From an uncultured Bacilli bacterium (GTDB taxonomy: Bacteria > Bacillota_I > Bacilli_A > RF39 > UBA660): a stretch of DNA of 42,871 nt. The notes under the pieces were generated by a model. That model was not told the DNA's origin. It ran no database searches and saw only the letters and a program-made list of their open reading frames with translations. Where the stretch lies: positions 1 to 42,871 of the forward strand of contig CALVOQ010000002.1 in NCBI GenBank assembly GCA_944350335.1. Reading direction: 5' to 3'. The position numbers were made by a program, and so were the translations under genes. Shown here one piece after another: positions 17,397-26,711 of the stretch. The number at the start of each line of letters is the position of its first letter. Positions within the stretch are counted from its first letter, which is position 1.

Positions 17397-17413
17397 TCTT
17401 AAAAACCTATCTT

Positions 17414-17442
17414 ATTTTATCTTATTTTTATTTCTTTTGCAA
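17414..17442 (-). promoter_or_regulatory. promoter of the tRNA-Ile/tRNA-Glu unit
   Basis: Minus strand: TTGCAA (17442-17437), 17 nt, TAAAAT (17419-17414), about 17 nt upstream of the mature tRNA-Ile 5' end. Confidence 0.45.
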
Positions 17443-17599
17443 TAGTTAATTTAAAAATAACATAAAATCAGTAAATTAATTCTAACATAGTTGATCAATA
17501 AAGTAAAATATTTTTTAAAAAGAAAAATACTTTTTTAAAGTTATTGAATAATCAGCTAAATTATAGTAATATAAATATAAGATAAAAGGTGATATATTT

Positions 17600-18292
17600 A
17601 TGAGAGAATTTTTTACATTAACTCCTTACCAATCAGCAAACATCATGATTTTTATGGGTTTTTTTGCGCTTTTTACTTTAGTTATTTCTGTATTAGTGAC
17701 TGCTAGCAGTTGGAAAATATTTGAAAAAGCAGGCAGAGCTGTTGGCGAAGCATTTGTACCTGTTTATAATTTGGTTGTTTTGCTACAGATTGCAGAAATA
17801 CCATCATATTACTTTTTTACTTTACTTGTACCTGGTTTAAATATTATTTTACTTATATTTGTTGAATATAAATTAGCTAAACTTTTTAAAGTAAGTAAAG
17901 CATTTATGTGGGGTATATTTCTTTTGCCTATAGTTTTTATTCCAATGCTTGCTCATGGACATTACATTTACAAAGAACCTGAAGAAGAAATTTTTATAAG
18001 TGTAAGTGATGAAATGCCTACTGTTTTAAGTCAAGAAGAGATTGATGCAATAAATAAAGAGGAAGCAAAAGAACCTAAAGTTGACAATATTTTTCGGACA
18101 GAAATTAAACAACGCGAAGTAGCACCTACTTACAAATCAAAAAGTGCTAAAATAAATAATCATTTTAGTGAGTTACCTGACCCTAAACCCGATATTATAA
18201 AAAGAGTAGAGCCTATTAAAGCTAAGGATATTGAAGAAGCCATGAAAACTAAATATATAGATGAAGAAAAGATAGAAATAGTGGATTTATAG
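17600..18292 (+). CDS. DUF5684-like integral membrane protein
   Basis: SWKIFEKAGRAVGEAFVPVYNLVVLLQIAEIP... pattern, about 4 TM segments, and a charged C-terminal tail. RBS aaaaggtga. Confidence 0.6.
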   Translation: MREFFTLTPYQSANIMIFMGFFALFTLVISVLVTASSWKIFEKAGRAVGEAFVPVYNLVVLLQIAEIPSYYFFTLLVPGLNIILLIFVEYKLAKLFKVSKAFMWGIFLLPIVFIPMLAHGHYIYKEPEEEIFISVSDEMPTVLSQEEIDAINKEEAKEPKVDNIFRTEIKQREVAPTYKSKSAKINNHFSELPDPKPDIIKRVEPIKAKDIEEAMKTKYIDEEKIEIVDL

Positions 18293-18348
18293 TTTTCACA
18301 TAACTTTACACACTATTTTTTTTGTTGTAAAATGAATATGGTGAGAGT

Positions 18349-20241
18349 ATGGCATACGATGATAAATCGATAAAAATATTAGAAGGCTTAGAAGCTGTTA
18401 GAAAAAGACCCGGTATGTACATTGGTAGTACCGATAAAAGAGGACTACATCATTTGGTGTGGGAAATTGTTGATAATGCAGTTGATGAAGTTATTAATGG
18501 CTTTGGTAAAAATATATTAGTCAAAATAAATAAAGATGGAAGCATTACTATTAAAGATGAAGGACGTGGTGTACCTGCAGGTATGCATGAAAGTGGTAAA
18601 AGTACACCTGAGGTTATTTATACTGTGCTCCATGCTGGTGGTAAGTTTGAAACTGATGGGTATAAAGTAAGTGGAGGCTTACATGGTGTAGGTGCAAGCG
18701 TTGTAAACGCGCTTAGTGAATGGATGAAAGTAGAAATAAGGCGTGATAAATGCATCTATGAGATATCTTTTAAAGATGGTGGTGAGGTTGACCAACCTTT
18801 AAGACAAATTGGATCTACAAAAGAAACAGGGACTACTGTTACGTTTAAACCTGACGGGAATATTTTTAAAAATTGTAATTTTAGTTACACTACTATTTGT
18901 GAAAGAATGCAAGAAAGTGCTTTTTTAATTAATGGTTTAACTATTACTGTAATTGATGAAGAAGATGAAAAAGAAAGTGTTTTTCATTATGACAACGGCT
19001 TAGTATCATATATTGAATACTTAAATGAAGATAAAAAGACTTTGCATAAAATTATAGAAATTCACGGGAATAAAAATAATATTGAAGTAGATGTTGCTAT
19101 GCAATACACAGATGGTTACAATGAACAAATTATTTCTTTTGTCAATAATGTTAAAACTATTGATGGTGGTACACATGAAGTTGGTTTTAAAACGGCACTA
19201 ACTAAAGCATTTAATGAATATATAAAAAAATATAGTTTGAGTAAAACTGGTTTAGAAGGTAGTGATACTAGAGAAGGTATAAGTGCGATTATAAGTTTAA
19301 AGATCCCAGAAGTTTTACTACAGTTTGAAGGCCAGACTAAAGGTAAACTTGGTACTCCTGTTGCAAGAACTGTCGTTGAAAGTATTATTTATGAAAAATT
19401 AAGTTATTTTTTAGAAGAAAATAAAGAAACAGCCGGTATGATAATGGCTAAGTCTTTAAAAAGCAAAAGTGCGAGAGAGGCAGCACGTAAAGCACGTGAA
19501 GAAGCTAGAAATGGTAAAGGTAGAAAAGAAAAAGAAAAGGTATTACTTGGTAAACTTACTCCAGCTCAAAGCAAAGATTCTAAAAAGAATGAACTTTTTC
19601 TAGTTGAAGGTAATTCTGCCGGTGGTACTGCTAAAAGTGGTCGTGATAAAAACTTTCAAGCAATTATGCCTTTAAGAGGTAAAGTTATTAATGCTGAGAA
19701 AGCTAGTACGAGTGAGTTATTTAAAAATGAAGAAATAAATATGATTATCCATGCGATTGGTGCTGGTGTAGGAAGTGATTGTGACCCTAATAGTTCTAAT
19801 TATAATAAAATAATTATTATGAGTGATGCTGATGTTGATGGATCTCATATTCAAACTTTACTTTTAACATTCTTTTATAGGCATATGAGACCACTAATTG
19901 AAAATGGAATGATTTATATTGCTGTTCCACCTTTGTATTTAGTTAAATATGGTAAAGAAAAAAAATACTTGATGAGTAATGATGAGTTGAATGATTTTAG
20001 AGAAAATTATAAAGGTAAGTTTACCATTCAAAGATATAAAGGTCTTGGAGAGATGAATCCTGACCAATTATGGGAAACTACAATGGACCCGAATAATAGA
20101 AGTTTAATTAGAGTTAATATTGATGATTTGACTCTTGCTGAGAAAAGGGTTAATGTTCTTATGGGTGATAAAGTTGAACCTAGGAAAGAATGGATTAATG
20201 AAAACGTTGAATTTACTTTAGAAGATGATTATAGGAGTTAA
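18349..20241 (+). CDS. parE: DNA topoisomerase IV subunit B
   Basis: GHKL ATPase motifs (GLHHLVWEIVDNAVDE, GGLHGVGASVVNALS). TOPRIM motifs (ELFLVEGNSAGG, IMSDADVDGSHI). Assigned as ParE rather than GyrB because of its partner (see parC) and the absence of dnaA/recF context. Confidence 0.85.
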   Translation: MAYDDKSIKILEGLEAVRKRPGMYIGSTDKRGLHHLVWEIVDNAVDEVINGFGKNILVKINKDGSITIKDEGRGVPAGMHESGKSTPEVIYTVLHAGGKFETDGYKVSGGLHGVGASVVNALSEWMKVEIRRDKCIYEISFKDGGEVDQPLRQIGSTKETGTTVTFKPDGNIFKNCNFSYTTICERMQESAFLINGLTITVIDEEDEKESVFHYDNGLVSYIEYLNEDKKTLHKIIEIHGNKNNIEVDVAMQYTDGYNEQIISFVNNVKTIDGGTHEVGFKTALTKAFNEYIKKYSLSKTGLEGSDTREGISAIISLKIPEVLLQFEGQTKGKLGTPVARTVVESIIYEKLSYFLEENKETAGMIMAKSLKSKSAREAARKAREEARNGKGRKEKEKVLLGKLTPAQSKDSKKNELFLVEGNSAGGTAKSGRDKNFQAIMPLRGKVINAEKASTSELFKNEEINMIIHAIGAGVGSDCDPNSSNYNKIIIMSDADVDGSHIQTLLLTFFYRHMRPLIENGMIYIAVPPLYLVKYGKEKKYLMSNDELNDFRENYKGKFTIQRYKGLGEMNPDQLWETTMDPNNRSLIRVNIDDLTLAEKRVNVLMGDKVEPRKEWINENVEFTLEDDYRS

Positions 20242-20244
20242 TAT

Positions 20245-22752
20245 ATGAAAAATGATACTAATGAAGCATTAAAAAGAATATATGACTTTGCACTTGAAGA
20301 TATAATGGGTGATTGTTTTGGTAAATATGCTAAAGAAATTATTCAGGAGCGTGCGATACCAGATGTTAGGGATGGGTTAAAACCTGTTCAAAGAAGAATA
20401 CTTTATGCTATGTATTTGTCTAACAATACGTGGGAAAAACCATACATTAAATGTGCCGCCACAGTAGGAGATGTTTTAGGTAAGTTTCATCCTCATGGGG
20501 ACTCTTCGGTTTATGAAGCAATGGTTAGAATGAGTCAGTGGTGGAAACAATCAGTGCCTTTGATAAGTATTCATGGGAATAATGGTTCGCTTGACGGAGA
20601 TCCTGCTGCGGCTTATCGTTACACTGAAGCTAGGTTATCTAAGATTAGTGAAGAATTGCTTAACGATTTAGAGAAAGAAACGGTTTCTTGGGCACCAAAC
20701 TTTGATGATAGATTTCTTGAACCTACCGTGCTTCCTGCGAATATGCCTAACTTGTTAATCAACGGTACAACTGGGATAAGTGCTGGTTATGCCACTGATA
20801 TTCCTCCTCATAATTTGAGTGAGGTAATAGATGCAACTATAAAAAGAATTGATTCAGCTAATTGTAGATTAGATAGTATTTTGGATATAGTAAAAGGCCC
20901 TGACTTTCCAACTGGTGGAGTAGTCGAAGGGAAAAGTGGCATAGTAGAAGCTTATCAAACTGGTAAAGGTAAAATAATTGTTAAAAGCAAATATGAATTT
21001 ATTAAAGAAAAAGGAAAAGAGAAATTAGTTATTACTGAAATACCTTTTGATACTTTGAAATCTAATATTATTAAAAAGATAGATGAAATTAGAATTGATA
21101 AGAAAATTGATGGAATAAGTGAAGTTAGAGATGAATCTGATAAAAACGATAATGTTAGAATTGTTATTGATTTGAAAAGTGGGGCTAATAAGGATTTAGT
21201 TGTTAATTATTTACTTAAAAATACTGATATGCAAATTAATTATAATTTTAATATGGTTGCAATAGTTAATAAAAGACCTAAACAGTTAGGTATTTTGGAA
21301 ATACTTGATGCGTTTATCGCACATAGAAAAGACGTTGTAACTAAAAGATGCGAGTTTGAACTTAAAAATAAAGAAGCTAGAAAGCATATAGTTGAAGGAT
21401 TCATAAGAGCTTTAGATATACTTGATGAAGTTATTAAAGTTATTAGAAGTAGTAAAAATAAAACTGATGCTATTTTAAACTTGGTAAAAGAGTTTGAATT
21501 CACTAATTTACAAGCAGAAGCTATAGTTATGATGCAACTATATAAACTTACTAATACTGATGTTACTGTTTTAAAAGAAGAATTTAAGAAGTTATTAGAA
21601 GAAATTGAATATTTAAAAAGTATTTTAAACGATGAAAATAATTTAAAAAAATTGATTAAAGATGAATTAAAAAAAGTTAAGAAAAACTTTGGTGAAGAAA
21701 GAAAAACTTTAATTAAAGATGAAATTACTGAAATAAAGATTGATGAACTTGCTATGGTTGATAAAAGTGATTTTGTATTTGTTATTAGTAAGAATGGTTA
21801 TGTTAAAAAGATAAGTATAAAATCATATAATGCAAGTGATGAACTTAATTTAAGGGAAGAAGATTATGTTTTAAATATATATAAAATAAATAATTTGGAT
21901 ACTATTTTGTTATTTACTAATTTGGGTAATTATATCTTTTTACCAGTTAGAGATATACCTGATAGCAAAAATAGAGATTTTAAAGATCATATTAGTAGTT
22001 TTGTAGGTATTAGTGATGGAGAAAGAATTGTTAGAAGTATTGGTGTTCATAATTTTGATGATACTATTATTACTTTGGTTACTAGAAATGGTATGGTAAA
22101 GAATACTGTTTTAAAAAATTATATGGTTTCTAGATATTCTAAACCTATAAGTGCGATTAAGTTAAAAGATGATGATGAATTAGTTAATGTGTCAGTAAAA
22201 GATGGAGAAGAATATGTCATTGTTACTAAAAATGGAATGTGTCTTAAATTTGATTCGAGCGAAATACCTGTTACTGGTTTAAAAGCAAGTGGTGTTAAAG
22301 GAATAAAATTAAATGATGAGGATGCTGTAGTTAACGGTCAAAATGTTTATGACGATGAGCATTTAACTATATTTACTAATAATAAAACTGCTAAAAGAAT
22401 TAAACTGAGCGATATATCTAAAGTTACTAGGGCTAAAAAAGGTGTGTCTATTATTAAAAGTCCTAAGTCCAAAACTTACTTAGTTATCGGTGCTTATCTA
22501 TCTAATAGTAAAACATTATTTGGATTAATTAATGGAAGTATAGAGTATATTAAAGCAAGTGAAATTAGTATTATGGATAAACTAAGTACTGGTAGTAATA
22601 TAACTAATAAAAATATTTCTGAAGTTTTTGTAGTAAGTAAATTAAAAGATATTACTAAAACAATATCAAATGAAGAAGAAAAGGTAGAAACTACCGAGCG
22701 AATAATTGAACCAATGACTATGAGCGACTTCTTTGATGAATTTAAAATATAG
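20245..22752 (+). CDS. parC: DNA topoisomerase IV subunit A
   Basis: RAIPDVRDGLKPVQRRILYAM and the active-site region AAYRYTEARL. No GyrA-box (QRRGGKG-like) is seen in the C-terminal beta-pinwheel, which favours ParC. Confidence 0.85.
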   Translation: MKNDTNEALKRIYDFALEDIMGDCFGKYAKEIIQERAIPDVRDGLKPVQRRILYAMYLSNNTWEKPYIKCAATVGDVLGKFHPHGDSSVYEAMVRMSQWWKQSVPLISIHGNNGSLDGDPAAAYRYTEARLSKISEELLNDLEKETVSWAPNFDDRFLEPTVLPANMPNLLINGTTGISAGYATDIPPHNLSEVIDATIKRIDSANCRLDSILDIVKGPDFPTGGVVEGKSGIVEAYQTGKGKIIVKSKYEFIKEKGKEKLVITEIPFDTLKSNIIKKIDEIRIDKKIDGISEVRDESDKNDNVRIVIDLKSGANKDLVVNYLLKNTDMQINYNFNMVAIVNKRPKQLGILEILDAFIAHRKDVVTKRCEFELKNKEARKHIVEGFIRALDILDEVIKVIRSSKNKTDAILNLVKEFEFTNLQAEAIVMMQLYKLTNTDVTVLKEEFKKLLEEIEYLKSILNDENNLKKLIKDELKKVKKNFGEERKTLIKDEITEIKIDELAMVDKSDFVFVISKNGYVKKISIKSYNASDELNLREEDYVLNIYKINNLDTILLFTNLGNYIFLPVRDIPDSKNRDFKDHISSFVGISDGERIVRSIGVHNFDDTIITLVTRNGMVKNTVLKNYMVSRYSKPISAIKLKDDDELVNVSVKDGEEYVIVTKNGMCLKFDSSEIPVTGLKASGVKGIKLNDEDAVVNGQNVYDDEHLTIFTNNKTAKRIKLSDISKVTRAKKGVSIIKSPKSKTYLVIGAYLSNSKTLFGLINGSIEYIKASEISIMDKLSTGSNITNKNISEVFVVSKLKDITKTISNEEEKVETTERIIEPMTMSDFFDEFKI

Positions 22753-22762
22753 TATTTTTGTA

Positions 22763-22796
22763 AACCGCCCACATAAAATATAGTAGGTGGTTTTTT
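22763..22796 (+). terminator. hairpin plus T-run after parC whose 3' arm contains the next gene's SD
   Basis: aaccgcccac (22763-22772) pairs with gtaggtggtt (22783-22792), with one mismatch and one G-U. Then tttttt immediately before ATG 22797. Confidence 0.5.
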
Positions 22797-23174
22797 ATGT
22801 CAAAAAAGGAGATGTTTAAAGAGTTTGTTAGATTAAATCCTGAATTTGCTACAAGTGTTAAAAATGGTAAGACTACTTGGCAAGAATTATTTCAAATATA
22901 CGATTTATATGGTAGTGAGTCTAAACTATTTGATCAATATAGAAAGGTTAATAAAATTGAGAACTTTACTAGTAGTATAGGTGTTAAGGATATAATTGAC
23001 AGCCTTAAAAATATTAATATTGATGTCTTACAAGAAAATCTAAATGGATTAGGTAAAGCTGTTAGTTTTATTGAAGACTTGACTAATACTTTTAAAAAAG
23101 ATGAAAAAACTAATGAAGAGAAAACTAACAAGAAAAGGAGAGTTGAACCTATTAATAGGTTTTTTGATGATTAA
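22797..23174 (+). CDS. YlbD-like protein
   Basis: FKEFVRLNPEFATSVKNGKTTWQELFQIYDLYG parallels B. subtilis YlbD (FKEFV..P....V..G.KTWQEL...Y.LG). The C-terminal ...PINRFFDD is also YlbD-like. Confidence 0.55.
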   Translation: MSKKEMFKEFVRLNPEFATSVKNGKTTWQELFQIYDLYGSESKLFDQYRKVNKIENFTSSIGVKDIIDSLKNINIDVLQENLNGLGKAVSFIEDLTNTFKKDEKTNEEKTNKKRRVEPINRFFDD

Positions 23175-23401
23175 TGAAAAAGTATGTTTATGATAAAATA
23201 TATTCTGATAAGAATAGTTTGAGATACATTAGAGAAAATAGTCACTGGTATAAGTTATTAAATAGAAATGCTAATAACGTAGATATTATGATTGAAGAAA
23301 TGAAAGAAAGATACGGACTACGTTTTAAAGACAAAGTTGAAAAAGCTAAAACTAGTTTGGATTTAATAAATGCATTTATGGCTGTTACTAAAGAGAATTA
23401 A
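23174..23401 (+). CDS. YlbE-like protein
   Basis: LRYIRENSHWYKLLNRNANNVDIMIEEMKERYG follows the YlbE pattern (..R.QP.WYR.LSR.P......E......Y). TAATG overlap with the upstream gene. Confidence 0.55.
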   Translation: MKKYVYDKIYSDKNSLRYIRENSHWYKLLNRNANNVDIMIEEMKERYGLRFKDKVEKAKTSLDLINAFMAVTKEN

Positions 23402-23462
23402 TATATCAAAGTATGCATGGTATAATAAATATATAAAAGCTAGTGATAAGTGAGTGATTATA

Positions 23463-23648
23463 ATGAATAATAAACGACAAAATGAAAAAGAAATTCAAGA
23501 TAAAATAAGAAAAGTTAATGGCGCTATGAGCCAAGAAGGTATGCCATTAACCTGAGAATTAAAACAAAAACTTTATAATTGTATAACAGGTAAATCAACA
23601 ACAGAAATAGAACGAAAAAAGATTATAGAAAAGTATAGAGGAATTTAA
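23463..23648 (+). pseudogene. VbhA-like (Fic-antitoxin-family) mini-ORF interrupted by in-frame TGA at 23553-23555
   Basis: MNNKRQNEKEIQDKIRKVNGAMSQEGMPLT*ELKQKLYNCITGKSTTEIERKKIIEKYRGI. The ..N.A..S..(M/L)EG.PLT.E.....C..G..T..E....I.EKY pattern is typical of small VbhA-family proteins. It has its own extended -10 (TGgTATAAT, 23418-23426). It is missing from the ORF track because of the stop. Confidence 0.45.
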
Positions 23649-23743
23649 AATCTACAGTATAATTGTTTACTAAAAGGTGTGATTTCTGTTAAAATTTACA
23701 TCTTTAATAATACATGGTATAATTTACCTAGGATGGTGTGGTT

Positions 23744-24835
23744 ATGAAAGGCGTTTATATTCATATTCCATTTTGTAAAAGTATTTGCTCTTATTGTGAC
23801 TTTTGTAAGTTTCTATATGTTTCTTCTTGGTCAAAAGAATATTTGAAAAAGTTAGCTATGGAAATTAAAGAGTTTTATGATAACGATGTTGTTAAATCAA
23901 TATATATTGGAGGAGGTACACCATCTAGTTTAGATAAAGATGACCTTGTTATGCTTTTTAATATAATTAGTGTTTTTAAAAAAAGTAATCATTGTGAAAT
24001 TACTTTTGAACTTAATGTAGACGATATTTCTGAAGATTTACTTTTGTTTTTAAAAAATAATGGGGTTAATAGGGTAAGTGTTGGAATTCAAAGTTTTAAC
24101 GATATTTGTCTAAAATTTATGAATAGAAAACATGATAAGAAGAGTATTAAAGATAATATAAAATTGTGTAAAAAGTATTTTGATAATATAAATGTTGATT
24201 TTATGTTTGCTCTTCCTATTGAAAACTATGGAATGTTTTTATATGATTTGAGAGAGTTCGTTAAACTTGATGTCCCTCATATCAGTACTTATTCTTTGAT
24301 AATTGAGGATAATACAGTACTTAGTTATAAAGGTATTACTCCTATTAAAGAGGAACTTGATTATAAGATGTACAAGCATATTTGCAAAGTTTTAAAGAAA
24401 AAAGGGTATAGGCATTATGAAGTTAGTAATTTTGCTAAACCCGGTTTTGAAAGTGTACATAACCTAAATTATTGGAATAATAGTGAATATTATGGTTTTG
24501 GCTTAGGCGCGCATGGTTATGTTTCATCTTTAAGATATGAAAATACGCGTAGTTTAAATGATTATTTAGCTGGTAAATATAGATTAAAAGAGTTTATTAT
24601 TTCTAAAAGAGAAGATATGGAAAATGAGATAATTTTAGGTTTTAGAAAATTAAATGGAATTAATATAAAAGATTTTTTTGATAAGTTTAAAGTTAATATA
24701 CAAGAAGAATTTAATGTTACTTATTTGATTAAAAAAGGTTATTTGGTATTAGAAAATGACTTCTTAAAAATAAAAGAAGACAAAATATATATTATGAATG
24801 AAATATTGAATAAAGTTTTAGATAAAGGAGAGTAG
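23744..24835 (+). CDS. hemW: radical SAM heme chaperone HemW (HemN-like)
   Basis: MKGVYIHIPFCKSICSYCDF (CX3CX2C) and GGGTPS. Extended -10 TGgTATAAT at 23715-23723. The start is moved to ATG 23744. Confidence 0.85.
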   Translation: MKGVYIHIPFCKSICSYCDFCKFLYVSSWSKEYLKKLAMEIKEFYDNDVVKSIYIGGGTPSSLDKDDLVMLFNIISVFKKSNHCEITFELNVDDISEDLLLFLKNNGVNRVSVGIQSFNDICLKFMNRKHDKKSIKDNIKLCKKYFDNINVDFMFALPIENYGMFLYDLREFVKLDVPHISTYSLIIEDNTVLSYKGITPIKEELDYKMYKHICKVLKKKGYRHYEVSNFAKPGFESVHNLNYWNNSEYYGFGLGAHGYVSSLRYENTRSLNDYLAGKYRLKEFIISKREDMENEIILGFRKLNGINIKDFFDKFKVNIQEEFNVTYLIKKGYLVLENDFLKIKEDKIYIMNEILNKVLDKGE

Positions 24836-24837
24836 TT

Positions 24838-25776
24838 ATGAAAAATAAGAAAGTTTGGATTATATTAGGGATTATAGTACTATTTATTGTTATCTTATAT
24901 TTGTTTATTAATAGGGAAAAGTTAGTTGTTGTTGCTGATGTTACACATACAACGGAAGATGTTTATTTGGATTACTTGTTTGATCAAGTCAGTGAAGTTG
25001 AAGGTATAAGTGTTGATGAAGTTGATTTTGATGGTCTTACTTTTAATGAGAGAATTAATTATGCGATTGATAAAGTTAAGGCGAGTTTAATAGTAGCTTA
25101 TGCATCTTCTAAAGAAATGAAGATGTTTGCTGAAAATTACAAGGATGTTATTTTTATAACTTTGGGCGCTAATTACGATGAAAAGTTAGATAATTTAGTT
25201 GGCGTAAAGTATAATGTTTATAATGCTGGGTATTTGATGGGATATGTGGCTGGAAAAACTACTCAGTCTAATAAAATTGGTTTTATTGGAACAGATGAAG
25301 AAATTGATAAAGAGTTTTTGACTGGTTACACCGATGGAGCACTAGAATCTAATAGTGCAGTAACTATTAGTGTAGACTATATGGGTAAAGAATATTATGT
25401 AAATGGATATTATCAAGATAAGAGTGAAGAAGTAACTGATGAAGAACTTTCATACAATATTGCAACTGAAATGTATAATTCTGGTGTTGATGTTATTTTT
25501 GAAAATGTTAACAATAGTAGTGGTGGTATAAGTAAAAGTGCTTTGGAAAACAATAAGTTTGTAATTAGTGATTGTATGAATGAATCTGAAAATATGCTCG
25601 CTTGTTTTGAAAGGGATTTTACTTATGGCTTATCCAAAGTTGTTAAAAATTATAGCGAAGACGAGTTAGAAAATAATTATGTATTTGATATTAATAATGG
25701 AGTAAACGTTAATTTAACTGACGAAGTTAGTGAAGAAATAAAAACAGAAATTTTAGAAATTCAAAAAGAAATGTAA
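24838..25776 (+). CDS. BMP-family (PnrA-like) substrate-binding-type protein, TM-anchored, tentative
   Basis: N-terminal TM anchor. NAGYLMGYVAGKTTQSNKIGFIGTDEEIDKEFLTGYTDGA resembles the BMP-family core (GsyLaG.lAa..tk..kvGfvGG......f..Gf..G.). No ABC transporter genes are adjacent. Confidence 0.5.
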   Translation: MKNKKVWIILGIIVLFIVILYLFINREKLVVVADVTHTTEDVYLDYLFDQVSEVEGISVDEVDFDGLTFNERINYAIDKVKASLIVAYASSKEMKMFAENYKDVIFITLGANYDEKLDNLVGVKYNVYNAGYLMGYVAGKTTQSNKIGFIGTDEEIDKEFLTGYTDGALESNSAVTISVDYMGKEYYVNGYYQDKSEEVTDEELSYNIATEMYNSGVDVIFENVNNSSGGISKSALENNKFVISDCMNESENMLACFERDFTYGLSKVVKNYSEDELENNYVFDINNGVNVNLTDEVSEEIKTEILEIQKEM

Positions 25777-25782
25777 ATAAAA

Positions 25783-25811
25783 AAAGTCGTTTTAAACCGA
25801 CTTTGTTTTTT
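25783..25811. terminator. bidirectional terminator
   Basis: aaagtcg (25783-25789) pairs with cgacttt (25798-25804), flanked by A-run and T-run. Confidence 0.7.
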
Positions 25812-25813
25812 AT

Positions 25814-25904
25814 TGGCGGAGTAGAGAGGATTTGAACCTCCGCGCCAGTTTCCCGACCTACACCCTTAGCAGGGGCGCCTCTTCAACCTCTTGAGTACTA
25901 CTCC
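25814..25904 (-). tRNA. tRNA-Ser (anticodon GCU), long variable arm
   Basis: The reverse complement reads ggagtag-...; anticodon loop ctGCTaa; long extra arm ggtcgggaaactggc; T-arm ggagg-ttcaaat-cctct; ctactcc-g-CCA. Confidence 0.9.
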
Positions 25905-25917
25905 GTTGCTACTAAAA

Positions 25918-25946
25918 ATAATATACTATTTTTTATTATTTGTCAA
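25918..25946 (-). promoter_or_regulatory. promoter of tRNA-Ser
   Basis: Minus strand: TTGACA (25946-25941), 17 nt, TATTAT (25923-25918), 13 nt before the tRNA 5' end. Confidence 0.45.
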
Positions 25947-25999
25947 ATCATTTTCAATATTCGTTGTAATGTTGCTAATGTAAAATGTGTAAAGAATAT

Positions 26000-26028
26000 T
26001 TGATTAATTTTTTAATATTTGTTAGAAT
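26000..26028 (+). promoter_or_regulatory. promoter of the 26052-27941 cluster
   Basis: TTGATT (26000-26005), 17 nt, TAGAAT (26023-26028). Confidence 0.45.
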
Positions 26029-26051
26029 TATGTTAAGGATAGGTGTTATGT

Positions 26052-26711
26052 ATGAAAGAAAAAGAATTTGAAGTACCTCAATTTGTAGGTAGACTACAAC
26101 ACGAAGAAGAAATGCGTGATGATGATAGAAAAATTATAGACATTGGAAACGGCAGAAATAGGAGATCTTTTAGAGAACAGGAAAAAAAAGTTGTTAAACA
26201 AAAAAAATCTAGTAAAGTTTACAAAATAAAGACAAGAGCAATCGTGCTACTTATAGCATTTGGATTTTCTGCCGGCGTAGGTGCTAAAGACGTATATGAT
26301 AAAGTGGCGCCAATAGTGAAGGTTTATGTACAAAATAGTGCCGATGATGCTAACTTGGCAGACTGGTTTGAAAATTTTAATGTAACTAATGATGGCTATT
26401 TTTTAGAAAATAATATTCAAGGTAAAAATGATGGCAGTGGTGGAGCTGAACCTTACGATTGGGATAATCCCGATAATTTAACAGTTACTGAGGAAGGCAA
26501 CAAAGTAGGCGCCATTGTGGATTATTACAATGGATTTGACGGCTATCTAAAAGCTTCTACAGGGATAGGTTATTATGAAACTGTCTACACGCAAATGCAA
26601 AGATTGGTTTCTATTGGCAAAGATCCTAATAGTGTTGATTCATTATATACTTACGAAGAACTTACAGAGATCTTAGGCAAAGATAAGAGTAAAGGAATGG
26701 GTGTTAATTGA
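26052..26711 (+). CDS. single-pass (type II) membrane protein, unknown function
   Basis: Charged cytoplasmic N-terminus, TM segment AIVLLIAFGFSAGVGA, and an extracellular region of about 135 aa. Locally less AT-rich than its surroundings. ATG 26052 follows aaggatagg. Confidence 0.6.
   Translation: MKEKEFEVPQFVGRLQHEEEMRDDDRKIIDIGNGRNRRSFREQEKKVVKQKKSSKVYKIKTRAIVLLIAFGFSAGVGAKDVYDKVAPIVKVYVQNSADDANLADWFENFNVTNDGYFLENNIQGKNDGSGGAEPYDWDNPDNLTVTEEGNKVGAIVDYYNGFDGYLKASTGIGYYETVYTQMQRLVSIGKDPNSVDSLYTYEELTEILGKDKSKGMGVN

Noticed and set aside
18349-22752. Alternative call of these genes as gyrB/gyrA.
   Set aside because: No GyrA-box-like motif is visible in the C-terminal domain of the A subunit, and the locus lacks the dnaA-dnaN-recF-gyrB context, so parE/parC is more likely. 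A phylogenetic placement would settle it.
23553-23555. The idea that the whole organism uses genetic code 4 (TGA=Trp), prompted by the in-frame TGA in the VbhA-like ORF and the Mollicutes-like AT richness.
   Set aside because: TGA clearly terminates conserved genes at their expected ends: rsgA at 12662-12664, the MBL hydrolase at 7668-7670, and the 26052 gene at 26709-26711. All housekeeping ORFs are full length under code 11.
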